DNA of 64,000 nt from Octopus bimaculoides. Lineage: Eukaryota. Positions 50,969-63,779 of the stretch are shown here, in pieces. Made by a program: the position numbers and the translations under genes. Location of the stretch: assembly GCF_001194135.2 (NCBI RefSeq), contig NC_069004.1, forward strand, positions 12,511,799 through 12,575,798. Direction: 5' to 3'. Under the pieces are notes generated by a model. The model did not search any database. It saw nothing but the letters and a program-made list of their open reading frames with translations, and was not told the origin of the DNA. Each line of letters opens with the position of its first letter. The stretch's first letter is position 1.

Positions 50969-51594
50969 CGACGGGCTTCTTTCAGTTTCCATCTACCAAA
51001 TCCACTCACAAGGCTTTGGTCAGCCCGAGGCTATAGTAGAAGACACTTGCCCAAGGTGCCACGCAGTGGGGCTGATATTTCTTCTCTCCTTGTTTCTTTC
51101 CTTGTTCCTTTCTGTAGAAGAGCGTAGGCTCGAAACATTAAAGACTTTCTCAATTCCTGAACGTTATACTAATACATCTATTTATTTTCAACAACACCAC
51201 CTGTCTTTATCTGTTGTTTTTTTTGTGAATTCTCCTTATATATATATATATATATATATATACATACCTACATACACACACATATATATGCAACTATAAA
51301 CAAACTGTGTTAATCAATTAGGCATTAAAACCGAATGACTCTCCCTAGGCACAATAAAATATGCTTCAACACACAAATTTACTAAAGAATCTTGCAAACC
51401 AAATACAAAAACTTTTATTTGTTTTTAGAAGTATTGAAAGTGTATTATATTATATCCAATTCTTTCTGGTGTTTTCATGGCAATACTGCATTCAAAATAT
51501 TACTGTCTTATCTGTATAATATGTTACACATTCAACACTTCTAAAAAAACAAATGTAGGTTTGTTTTAAATTTGATGGAGATTGTTGTCAGCAG

Positions 51595-51662
51595 GCAGTT
51601 TAGCTTAATGGTAAATTACTCAGCCAGTCTCTCAGAGATGTGGGTTCGAGTCCGGTAGCTGT
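51595..51662 (+). pseudogene. Degenerate tRNA-like sequence (tRNA pseudogene or SINE head)
   Basis: A-box-like tagcttaatggt, B-box ggttcgagtcc, and gcagtt/agctgt acceptor-like pairing; D and anticodon arms do not fold. Confidence 0.35.
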
Positions 51663-51767
51663 TTGTTGACAACTTTTCTGGTCTTGCAAGGGTAATAACA
51701 CCCAATTTTTCCTGCTGTTTTTATAGTGATACTGCATTCGAAATATTACTTTCTGGTCTATATAATA

Positions 51768-51804
<37 letters not shown>

Positions 51805-52732
51805 TATATTCCTTTGTCAGTCCCCTCTGTGTTTAGCCCCTTGTGGGCAATAAAGAAATAAGAAACGTTAGTACACCAGGCAAAATGCTTAGTGGAATTT
51901 CATCTGTCTTTATGTTGAGTTCAAATGCTTTTCGTCCTCTGAAGGTTGATAAAATAAGTACCAGTTGAATACTGGAGTCGATGTAATCGACTTATTCCCG
52001 CCCCTGAACTTGCTGGCCTTGTGCCAAAATTTGAAACCAATATTAAATAAAATGGACATACACATTGAAACTGATAATATTTTATAAAAGTCACTGAATG
52101 TAACAAATATAAAAATACTTATCCTGTCTAGCTAAAGGGGAAAATAGTTTTAAAAATCTTTAAACATGCAGCCATTCATGTGTGGCTGTGTGGTAAGAAG
52201 CTTACATCTCGACCACATGGTTCCAAGTTCAGTCCCACTATGTTGCATCTTGGGCAAGTGTCTTCTACTATAACCTTGGGTCAACCAAAGCCTTGTGAGT
52301 GGGTTTGGTAGACGGAAACTGAAAGAAGCCTGTCGTGTGTGTGTGTGTATGTATGTATACATATATATATGTATCTATTTATGTGTGTGTATGTCTGTGT
52401 TTTCCCCCTTGCCTTCACTTGACAACCAATGCTGGTGTGTTTATGTCCCCATAACTTAGTACTTATTGTATCAGTATCTTTTGCCAAACCACTAAGCTTA
52501 CAAAGAATAAGTCCTTTGGTCAATTTCTTCAACTGAAACCAGTAAAAGAATACTCCTGTGCTGTTTCTATTTTTAATTTTTACCTATATGTGTACATGCA
52601 CACACACATATAGTTAATATATGTATGTATTGTAGTAAATATATGTGCATATAGGCTATTTGTGTGTGTGTGTGTGTGTATGTAGTAATAATGAAGTCAA
52701 ACCAAATAGTGATATTTTGAAATCATTTAGTA

Positions 52733-53029
52733 CAGGGGTTTTCAAACTTTTTGACTTGCGGACCCCTTTATATTTCAGGCTTTACCTTAGGGACCCCCTT
52801 ATAAACGCTTATGAAATTTATACATAAATATTTGCTTAAAATAACATATATTTTTACACTTATTTATTTAACAGTATTTAACAAAATAGGTTTATTGTCA
52901 ATTAAAAGATTTCGATTAAAAAACATATATGAAATCAAATTGCCCATAAAATGTATTTGCTGTCCACGACCCCCTGTCTTGTCCTTGTGGTCCCCCTGTG
53001 GTCTGCGGACCACAGTTTGAAAACCCCTG
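52733..53029. mobile_element. hAT MITE, intact ends
   Basis: Perfect 16-bp TIR caggggttttcaaact / agtttgaaaacccctg; perfect 8-bp TSD atttagta (52725-52732, 53030-53037). Confidence 0.9.
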
Positions 53030-53129
53030 ATTTAGTATGTATGTTTCAAGTTTGTGTAATATATAATAGGAAATTCATCAAGTGCATAAACTTGCCGCAT
53101 TATTATTACTATTATTATGGCCGGGTTCC

Positions 53130-53400
53130 AACCTGGGCCACAGCAACAAATTCCACCTCCCACACCTCTCAGTCCAACATCACTGCCTCAAGGCCCCGGG
53201 TACATTTCAGTTGTCAATGTAAGTGTGATGATGTTTTCCCCTTCTTACATCACCATGAGGTGGGTTCCGCAAGACTAATTTGGATGCCTCCATCTCAGGG
53301 TGGTGCATGCAATGACCAGATAGTCGCAACCATCTTTGCCTGATCTTCTCTGTACCTTTCAGCAGGTCTCCACATGTTATATGTTGCTGCCATTTCATAT
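53130..53400 (-). mobile_element. RTE-type LINE ORF C-terminal fragment
   Basis: IRQRWLRLSGHCMHHPEMEASKLVLRNPPHG…RGKHHHTYID. Confidence 0.7.
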
Positions 53401-53615
53401 TTAGACCTATTCATAGCATCCATTTAGCCCGTTTGATAATTTCTTTGTCAGTGTACATGTTTCACTAACATATGATAGCACTGATTTGACAGTTGCAATG
53501 AACCCTCCTCGTGTTTAGTATTTGTCTGTATTATAGTTAACAGCATGTATAATTAAGACATTTTCCCCCTGGTACAGTCATTTATTCCATGTCTTTATTG
53601 CAAATTTCATTTTAG

Positions 53616-53672
53616 ATCACTGACGCTGGGATTGCTTCTCTGGTTGAAGGTTGTTGTCATAACACACTTGAG
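53616..53672 (+). CDS. AMN1: AMN1 homolog exon
   Basis: ttttag/ITDAGIASLVEGCCHNTLE/gtgagt vs human VSDSGVIALVSGPCAKKLE. Confidence 0.88.
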
Positions 53673-55027
53673 GTGAGTTCAAATTTTTATATCTCAATTC
53701 ATGTTACTATTTACACAAGTAATCTTTAAATTATTATTTAACAACAGCTTGAAGACTTATCAATGGCTAAGATTTTAACTACTGAAAATAAAATGTGCAA
53801 CAGTAAAATATTTTTAAAATTTGCTTCCTTTAATTTTAGTATTTCATGTCCACAACATAAATAAAGATGGCCATTTATTTTTCTTGTGAACTTAAATTAA
53901 TATAATATATGTATGTTGTGTGTGTGTGTGTCATGTGCCACAAAGATAAGCTCATTTGTCATCAATGTAATCTGCAAAAGGGCCTCATTAAATCAGTCCT
54001 TTTGTTCATCTGCTTGTCTTGATTGAGGAGCATCATCATCATCATCCTTAACATCTGTTCTCCATGCTGGCATGGGTGGATGGTATGACATGAGCTGGTA
54101 AGCCAGAGGACTGCACCATGCTTTACTGTCAGTTTGGGCATGGTTTTTATGGCTGGATGCTCTTGCTAATGCCAACCACTTTACAGGATGTGCTTTTCCT
54201 TATCGTTTGCACTGAACAAATATATTCAACTCTTTAGCATTCAGATTACATTGTGTAACATGGTTTTTGTTCTTGAGTAGCAACTGTTATTTCTTAAGGC
54301 GGCGAGCTGGCAGAAACGGTTAACACGCCGGGTGAAACGCTTAGCAGTATTTCATCTGCCGCTGAGGTCGACTTTGCCTTTCATCCTTTCGGGCTCGATA
54401 AATTAAGTACCAGTGGAGTACTGGGGATCGATGTAATCGACTTAATCCGTTTGTCTGTCCTTGTTTGTCCCTTCTGTGTGTAGCCCCTTGTGGGCAATAA
54501 AGAAATAAGAATGTGCTTTTTCTTTTTATGTGGCTCTGGAATAGGTGCTTTTTACATGGTGTTACATAAAATGGATTTGTGCCATCACCATGTATAAAAG
54601 TACTCATGCTTGTGCCGCATAAAAAGCACTTGTGCCAGCGCCATGTTAAAAGCCACTGCCACATTAAGAGCACATGGCACACTCTGTAAAGTGGTTGGTG
54701 TTAGGAAGGCCATCCAGCTGTCGAAACTATGCTGCAGCAGACAATTAGTTCCTGGGCAACTCTCTGGCTGGCCAGCTCCATGTCAAATCATCCAAACTAT
54801 ACCAGTATGAGTTGGACAGTTTGACAGCATTGGCAGAGTTAAATGTTGAAGTTGTATTTTTGAAAACTGGTCTAAGCTTAACTATCCTATCACACACTCC
54901 TACTATCTTCATGTACCTACATTCTTTGGTGATGTTCTAACACTGTGAGTGAGTGAGAGAGAAAGACGTTGGAACAGTCACAAACCAATTCTGCAACCTT
55001 CAAACAACTATAGATTTTTTATTTCAG

Positions 55028-55139
55028 GAGATGGTCCTTCGGAATATTGAAAAGATATCTAACAAATCAGTAGAACTCGTACTAAAATTCTGCCCCAAGC
55101 TAACAATTGTTAACTTCAGTGGCTGCCCCAACATTCAAG
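55028..55139 (+). CDS. AMN1: AMN1 homolog exon
   Basis: EMVLRNIEKISNKSVELVLKFCPKLTIVNFSGCPNIQ vs human [37 protein letters not shown]. Confidence 0.9.
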
Positions 55140-58100
55140 GTAAGTGCGTCTCCATTTGCTACTGTTTTTTTTCTCCAATATATTTATTTGTAGGTTGTTA
55201 AGAAGCCAACAATTTGTAGTTGTTTAGCCCCAGGTAAATTGAGTTGACCTATGATTAAAATACATTCCTGCCATGACCAGCTTGTCTTTTTTTTAGAATC
55301 TATATCTAGATCTACATTATCCAGTGTATCTTTCCCCTTTTTAAGATCATCATCATCATCATTTAGTGCCTACTTTCCATACTGGCATGGGTTAAATGGT
55401 TTGACTGAAACTGGTAAGCTGGAGAGCTGCACCGGTTCCAGTCTGATTTGGCATGGTTTCTACAGCTGGATGCCCCACCTAACACCAACCATTCCAAGAG
55501 TCTAATGAGTGCTTTTTACATGTCACTGGCACTGGTACCAGTTATGTGACACTGGCATCAGCCACAACTATGATTTCACTTTGCTTGACGAGTTTTCTCA
55601 AGCACAGCATATTGCCAAAGGTCTCAGTTACTTGTTTAATTTCAGGGAGGGCTGCTATTTTTTGCAAGTGAGGCTACTGTGTAGAGATCACCTTGTTTCT
55701 TCTTGGGGGTCATAGTTTTTCTTGTGTTTAAAGGTATAATTCAAACGATTTTATTAACACCATTCCTTCTGTTTTCAATTTCTAATCTCTCCATTTTCCC
55801 TGCATTTAACTCACTCAGCTTTGAAAGGGTGTTCGTATTTGAAATTTCTCAGAATTTATTGAAACAAAAGTTAATTAGGAAGAATTTGACAATTGTCCAT
55901 CCATATTAACCCTTTTGTTACCATATTTCTGTTGAGATACTCCGTCTTTTCTTCAATTAATTTTGAAAATAATGAAGAATTTAGTAAATGACCTTGTCAT
56001 TATTAATTGGTATTTGGATCTTAAATTACATTCTGATGGAAGATTTTAATTCAGGACTCTTGAAAACTAGATGTTTGTACCTCAGAGGCAGGGGTGGTCT
56101 CAGGTGGGTTGAATTCAAAAGGGTTAAAACTGATTAATCCAGCTGTTAAATGAATTAACATAGTAAAATTTATTCGATTCATGTAATGGGGCCAGAGGCT
56201 AGTTTTGATATTTTGGAAAATGGCTCAAGCATAAAATTTCTTTCTTATACTAACAACCCAAGAACTATAAATATTGGTTTTAAATTTTGGTACAAGGCCA
56301 GCACTTTTGGGTGAGGGGCCAAGTCAATTAAATCGACCCCAGTGCATAACTGGTACTTAATTTATCAGCTCCAAAAGGATGAAAGGCAAAGTTGACCTCA
56401 GCAGAATTTGAACTCAGAATATAAAGATGGATGAAATACCACTAGTTACTTTGCCTGGTGTACTAATGATTCTGTCAGCTCACCACCTTAAGAATTACAA
56501 ATATAGATTTCAAATTTTGGCACAAGGCCAGCAATTTCAGGGGAGTGAGTAAGTCAATTACATCAACCCTAGTGCTCAACTGGTATTCGTTTTATTGACG
56601 TTGAAAGGATGAAAGGCAAAGTCAACCTTGGCAGAATTTGAACTCAGAACATAGAGATGGACAAAATGCTGCTAAGCATTTTGCTCAATGTGCTAACAAT
56701 TCTGCCAGCTCACCATCTTAAGAACTATAAATATTATTAACTGTTTTATTGGGGAGGGAGTCAGAGGGCTGACACAAACCTTCATTAGTTTTCTATCTTT
56801 TAGCTCTTAAACAAGTTAATTTCTTTTCAATTAACCCATTAGAGTGGCAAAGACAAACAAAACAAAACAAAGCAGGACAATTTGAAAATTATAGAATAAA
56901 ATCTACAAATAAAAACTATATGCATTAATGGGAAAGGTAGGTTCAGAAAGACAATGTACTTCGTTTCATGTTACTGAAGTTCAGTGGTTGTCAACCAGGG
57001 TCCATATAAGATTTCTGGAGGTCCATATAAGATTTCTGGAGGTCCATGCTAACAACATAGTAAACTGGGGATTCACAGTAGTATTCTAAATGTCCATATA
57101 AAGTTTTGCAAGAAACAACTCAGTTTCTTTCTCTTATATATTATGTAATTCAACCTACACAAGGTAATGGGTGAAAAACAAAATAGGAATTTCAAAAGAA
57201 GTATGTATAAAACTAGTTTTTAAACATTGAATGGCTATGGGGGGTCCACCAGAATAAAATAGTAATCAAAGGGGGGTGCACAGATGGAAACAAAATGATT
57301 ATGCAAGAGTGTAAACAATTTAAGAGGAAAATTGGGTATAAGAGGCATCAGATGTTGTAAGAGAGAAGGCTGTGTTGAATTGGTCATGTGATGTGTATAG
57401 ACTAGGACAGCTGCATAAAAAAGTGCCGAGCTCTAACTGTGAAGGGTACTTGTGGAAGGGGTAGACCCAGGAAGACGGTGTCTGAAGATCCTTTCTCACT
57501 TCATCGGTGAGAAAGTATCTTTGGACACTGGGCTTCACTAAGGAAATAACAAGGGATCAGGAGATGTGGCGATTTGCTATACAAGCTAAGTGAAATCGCT
57601 GTATTCCATACATACATGTTTGTCCTTTCAGGTGCTGGTACCACATAAAAAGCACTTGTGTTGGTGTTGCTTATACACACCTGTGCTGATGCTGCATAAA
57701 TACACCTGTGCCGGTGGCACGTAAAAAGCACCCAGCGCACTCTGCTAAGTGGCTGGCATTAGGAAGGACATCCAGCCATAGAAACCATGCCACAACAGAC
57801 AATTGGAGTCTGGCAGCTCCCAGCTGGCCAACTCCATGTCAAACTGTCCAACCCATGCCAGCATGGGAAGCAGATGTTAAAAGATGATGAATCACTGCTC
57901 TAGTTGAAATGAGTATCTACAGAGTACTATTGCTACCCTCTCTCATTTCCTGGATGCCCTGTTGGGTCGGAGGGCTGAGAGGGTGCCTGTAACTAGTAAA
58001 TCCATGGTACATGCTACCAACTGATACACACCATTTACTAGTAACGGCTGTAGTTGTTAGGGTCATGCAAGATATGTTGTTTTTCTGAATATTTAAAGAC

Positions 58101-58258
58101 ATCAATATACTTATGACCATCATATGGTATGCAATAGTAACGGTAACTTTAAACTGTAGACTTTTGTAAATGGAAGAAATGCGAACAGAGTTCAGAAGTG
58201 TAACTTTCTATTTCATTGTGTACCCTGATCTGATGTATTTCATTTTTCAATTCTTCAG

Positions 58259-58323
58259 ATGTTAATTACAGTAGGTATTCTAACAACACATTAAAACAGA
58301 TTGGTTGGACCATTCCTATTTGA
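58259..58323 (+). CDS. AMN1: AMN1 homolog terminal exon
   Basis: ttcttcag/(D)VNYSRYSNNTLKQIGWTIPI* vs human LKQVTWTVY*. Confidence 0.85.
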
Positions 58324-60260
58324 AGCAGAACAATCACCCAACAAAAGTGTCTCTGATAGCAATTCATTTACTTTGGCCTTCACAGTTCAGGTATTTCATA
58401 TTTTCATGTTGAACTACATTTTTCAATAACATCAACACACACACACACACACACACAAATATGTCATTTGCACACCTATACAAAAACTTGATCATGCAAA
58501 CACAAATGTGTTTTAAACAAGAACACAAATATGTCCTTATGTGCATATGCATATATAAATATGTTTGCTCACACATAGTTCTCATTTTTTTTAATAATAA
58601 AACTGATTTTGTTTAAAGTATTTTAACAGAATGTATCAAATATTCAATTTTTTTGAAATTGTTGTTTTTATTATCTTCTCTAAAACTTGAGTGTAAACTT
58701 CAGTTTTTGTCAAACTAAGATCTGGTTCCCATTCCTACTCAAAACTATTCTATCAATCTTATGTTAAAACTGACCAGATCCATCCTCTCATTTAGTTTAT
58801 ATTTCTGATGTATTTAATTATCTATTATCATCTCTACATTCTTTGTTCATTTACTGAGGATATTGGGAGTGAAGGCGAATGGCTCAGTGGTTAAAGTGTT
58901 GGGGCTCACAATCATAAGGTAGTGAGTTCAATTCCTGGACCGGGTTGTGTTTTGTGTTCATGAGCAAGACACTCATGTTGAAATGAGTTGCAATGTCACT
59001 GGTGTCAAGCTGTATCAGCATTTGCCTTTCCCTTGGATACCTACATTAGAGACTGCTCTGTCCCCTGGTAAAACTAAACAGTCTGCTTTTGTCTACATTG
59101 TTGTTGTTCAAGGTAATGTGGCCAAAGATGGCAAATAGAAGAGAGAATCAGAGTGTGATGTGAGAAAAGGGTGATAGAAAATGATAGGAAGCTACAGGTT
59201 AGCTGTGGGAAAGATAAACAAGAAGGTAGTCTATGAATCTGGAGAGATAAAAAAAAAACAATAAACAATTCAGTGAACCCATCACTGTATCCAGTAATCA
59301 TTTTTATTTACAAAACTAACAAAGCTTTTGATATGGTGTTCGGTGGGGTGAGAGCAATAACTTGGGTCTGGATAAGTTGGTTAAATTGTTTTTCTTTTTT
59401 TTTTTTATGACGAGTAAAATTTAAAAAAAAAAAAAAATTATAAAAAGAAAAGAAATAAACATTTCCCATGGTCCTTCATTGAACTATTAATATAAAAAGA
59501 GAAAACTTAAGTGACAGTAGTTGATGAAATGCATTCACTTAACCTTGTTTAACTGATATGAAGGACTCTTGCAGCCATGTAAAGTATTGCCAATATATGT
59601 TCGTTGTATTTCATTAATGTTTTCAAGTGACCTTAAATTCAAGCTTTCATAGAAATTCTCACAATACCCGAGTGAAATGCAGAAAGACATTTTAGTTGCG
59701 TTTCACATGGTTCTGAAGCTCAGATATGGTTATTTGTTTGAAATTCTTGTTTTATACTAAATATATCTCAAACTGGAGTGAAGTCTTGCTCTGAAAGAAT
59801 TGGTTTTGTGTATGTTGTCAAATCAATACTTTCTGCTACAATATTTTTAAACACATATATTTTAGATTTAGACGATTCGTTAACATTTAATTCCAAGCTC
59901 ATAAAATGTGTGTTTAAAATGAAGTTTATAATTGTTTTTTAAAAATCTATAAAAGATGTATTGATAAAATATATATAAGCTCTGGCACATACACAGTCCA
60001 TGCTAGAATAAGTAATCTGTCCATTAAACGATTACGATATAACAACAAATTCTTACAAAAATATTATAAAAAAAAATTTTCTTTCAAATTAAAGAGAAAA
60101 AAAAAAAACCTTTAAAATTCAATTTCTTCTTCTCAAGGATTTTTTATTCTGCTGCGAACATTTTCAGGCTTGACTTCAACTAAACATTTCTGAGCTGGGA
60201 ATTTTCTCTCTAATTTGGAACAGTCACAATTCAAATTCTGATTGGCCTTTCTTTAAATTT

Positions 60261-60407
60261 CTAATTTCTTAAGTTAATAAGTGGTTTGTTGCTACCATAC
60301 ACTCTATTCATTCGTTTTTGCAGCAGTTTGTTATTGGAATCTTTTGGGTTCTTCACATGATAATGGTAGTCTACTCGCATACTCTGGAGGGCGTTAGTCA
60401 TCTCTTC
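60261..60407 (-). CDS. MAPKAPK2: MAPKAPK2/3 terminal exon (NES / NLS-docking region)
   Basis: EEMTNALQSMRVDYHYHVKNPKDSNNKLLQKRMNRVYGSNKPLINLRN* vs human EEMTSALATMRVDYEQIKIKKIEDASNPLLLKRRKK. Confidence 0.88.
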   Translation of the reverse strand, partial: EEMTNALQSMRVDYHYHVKNPKDSNNKLLQKRMNRVYGSNKPLINLRN

Positions 60408-60466
60408 CTGTAATTACACAAAACAATCATCTTAATTTTTTCATTTATAAAGACAAAATTTGCATA

Positions 60467-61101
60467 TACCGTAAATCCTCAAGTATAACCTGCACTTTTT
60501 CCCCAAAATTTAAAGGTCAAAATTTCTAGTGCGTACTATATACGAAGTTAAAAATGAAAAATATTTTCTAAACAAAATTTTCTAAGTGATAAATATGTAA
60601 AGGCAATTTACTTAATATTTATTTTTCACTGACTTTATTACTGTTATTTCTTTATTTTCTGCAAAGCAAAGTGCACAAAAAAGCTACACGTTTGCATTAA
60701 GTTATATATACAATTTGCCAGTACCGCCTGACTGGCCTTTGTGCTGGTGGCATATAAAAGCACCCACTACACTCTCGGAGTGATTGGCGTTAGGAAGGGC
60801 ATCCAGCTGTAGAAACTCTGCCAAATCAGATTGGAGCCTGGTATAGCCATCTGGTTTCACCAGTCCTCAGTCAAATCGTCCAACCCATGCTAGCATGGAA
60901 AGCGAACGTTAAACGACGATGATGATGATGACGTTACCGTATATACGTTTACAAACCAAGGACGTTATATAGACCTCATTGACTCAAGTTAGAGAAGGGG
61001 CGTGTATTATACACAAGGTTTAGGTTTTTCAGAGGTACAGCCCCCTAAAAATCCCCTGCGTATTATACTCAAGAGCGGATTATACTCGAGGATTTACGGT
61101 A
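60467..61101. mobile_element. pogo/Tc2-like MITE carrying an RTE 3' remnant (60717-60930)
   Basis: TIR taccgtaaatcctcaagtataa / ttatactcgaggatttacggta. Confidence 0.7.
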
Positions 61102-62575
61102 TATTTCAGCTGAATGACATGAATTCATCCATCACATTTTTAAAGAAGAGAAATGGTAAATTCTGTTACTTAAGTCATGTGATGGGAACAGAAAAAAAAT
61201 ACCAACTAAATTATTCTTTCTGAGGCTGGGAGGGGGGTGAGTCGATTACATCCACCCCCTACTTTATTTTATCAACCCCAAGACGATGAGAGGCTAAGTC
61301 AGAACATAATGAGATAGAAAAAATACTGCTAAATCAAGATGATACATAATATAAAATTATTAATCTCAGAAATATAGAAAAGATAGCTACTTGGAGACAG
61401 AGTCCATTCTGTTAAAAAACTTCTGACCAAAGCCCTGGGGGCCAGGGCTTTGGTCAGAAGATGACATCCTCCCTTCCTATTCCCAGTTTCAGAGGTCCTG
61501 AAAAAGGGGTCAAAATCCCTGCATCATTTTCATATCTTTGACGAATAAAAATTAACCTGATTGATTTAATAACACTGTAACACAATCTTTGTCCTTGGGT
61601 AGCAACTGTTATTTCTTGTTTACTTACTCCTAGAAAGTATGAAAAATGGTTAATATTTCCTTCAAACTTAGCTTTTCTTACAAACCCCAAAGAATTCCTC
61701 TCAGCACATGGCTATGATGCTCCACCATTACTCATGATCTGAGATGCACATTGTCAACCACTAAGAGACCTGCTCAAGTGGTTAAGGCCAAGCAACTGAC
61801 AAGCAAATCTGTAGTACTGAGCTATTATTTGCTATAATGATATTTCTGCTTCAGCAACTCAGTGCTGAATCTGTCTGAAATGTAATGGAAAATAGGCAAG
61901 TTTCAAAACATTGATGTCCAGGTCAGAAAAGCAAAGTTTGAAGGGAAGAGTAGTGGTTTCCTTTGATTTTTTTAGATAGAAGCACATATGGAATAACACT
62001 TACTCTTTTACTTGTTTCAGTCATTTGACTGTGGCCATGCTGGAGCACCGCCTTTAGTCGAGCAAATCGACCCCAGAACTTATTCTTTGGAAGCCTAGTA
62101 CTTATTCTATCGGTCTCTTTTGCCGAACCGCTACATTACGGGGACGTAAACACCAGCATCGGTTGTCGAATGATGTTGGGGGACAAACACAGACACGCAA
62201 ACACATACACACACATACATATATATACAATGGGCTTCTTTCAGTTTCCGTCTACCAAATCCACTCACAAGGCTTTGGTCGGCCCGAGGCTATAGTAGAA
62301 GACACTTGCCCAAGGTGCCACGCAGTGGGACTGAACCCGGAACCATGTGGTTGGTAAGCAAGCTACCACACAGCCACTCCTACGTTTTACTGAGCAAAGA
62401 CAAAAATAAAAATTTTGTTACACAGAGTAATTAACAAGAATGGTCTTAGAAGTGTGTCGCAAAGAATTTATGCTTCTTAAATTCTACAACTGAACAGTAA
62501 GCAACAAAATATGTCAGTTTGACATCAAAATCCGAAATTGGAATCTGTATGGTATTTATAGTAAAAAATCCTTAC

Positions 62576-62656
62576 CTGAACATCGTACCATTCTGAGGCA
62601 TCATCTTGGAGGTTCATTATAGAAAAAAGAGGAGTTGGCGGAACATCAACAACATT
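62576..62656 (-). CDS. MAPKAPK2: MAPKAPK2/3 exon (hinge with the T334-equivalent phosphosite)
   Basis: NVVDVPPTPLFSIMNLQDDASEWYDVQ vs human [27 protein letters not shown]; tttcag/gtaagg on the minus strand. Confidence 0.92.
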
Positions 62657-63693
62657 CTGAAAATAAACAAAGATTTAAAATATTAACCATTCTACGAGAT
62701 TCTCACATTGAAAGAATTTTTCAAACATGATATCTTTTCCCCCATAATTTTTCCAATGTTCACAAATTGGAGAATGAATTTACAGATATTTCACAAGGAA
62801 AAATTGTCTATATTGTTGTTGCTGTTGAGGTTTAACCCCAGGTTAGTTGTTTGAGCAGTGGATGCGCAATGGCCCAGTGGTTAGGGCAGCAGACTCCCGG
62901 TCATAGGATCATGGTTTCGATTCCCAGACTGGGCGTTGTGAGTGTTTATTGAGCGAAAACACCTAAAGCTCCACAAGGCTCCAGCAGGGGATGGTGGCGA
63001 ACCCTGCTGTACTCTTCTACAACTTTCTCTCACTCTTTCTTCCTGTTTCTGTTGTACCTGTATTTCAAAAGGTCAGCCTTGTCACACTGTGTCACGCTGA
63101 ATATCCCCGAGAACTACGTTAAGGGTACACGTGTCTGTGGAGTGCTCAGCCACTTGCACGTTAATTTCATGAGCAGGCTGTTCCGTTGATCGGATCGACC
63201 GGAACCCTTGACGCCGTAAGCGACAGAGTGCCAACACACACAGTTGTTTGAGCAGGACTATGATCAGAGACATTCCAATTTTGACCATCCTATCTTTTTC
63301 ATTTTGTTTTCAACTATTACACTATGTAAAATGTTTTGTCATGGAATTAGGGTGGGTAAAGTTAGTGTCTTGTCTGATGAATTCTTCACTGAAATGGCTA
63401 ACATCTTAAACATTTGATCATTCAAACACCTCATTAATATTATGTTGCCAGAAACTACCAATAAACTACCTCAAGTGAATGTGAAAGTAATTCATATTTT
63501 TGGTAATAGATGTAAATTTAAACACTGTATATGTCCCAGTTTTTACAATACATACACTGTATCTCTGTCTGTCTAAAGGGCAAATAAACACAGATATAAA
63601 CACATTGACAATAATGCTGCTGATGATGATGGATCAGCAGAATCTCTGAAATTTTATTAAGAGTTAGGAAGAGATTTTAAAAAAGTTACTTAC

Positions 63694-63779
63694 TCCAACC
63701 CAAGGATTAGACATCACATCACGGATCGTTAGTCTTTCATCTGGATCAGTTTTTAACAAACCCTTTATCAAGTCTTTTG
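63694..63779 (-). CDS. MAPKAPK2: MAPKAPK2/3 exon (kinase subdomain XI)
   Basis: AKDLIKGLLKTDPDERLTIRDVMSNPWVG vs human [28 protein letters not shown]; the gene continues past the window end. Confidence 0.93.

Noticed and set aside
62858-62930. tRNA-like heads of SINE families A, B and C as tRNA genes
   Set aside because: They continue into SINE bodies with tails and TSDs, and no complete cloverleaf forms
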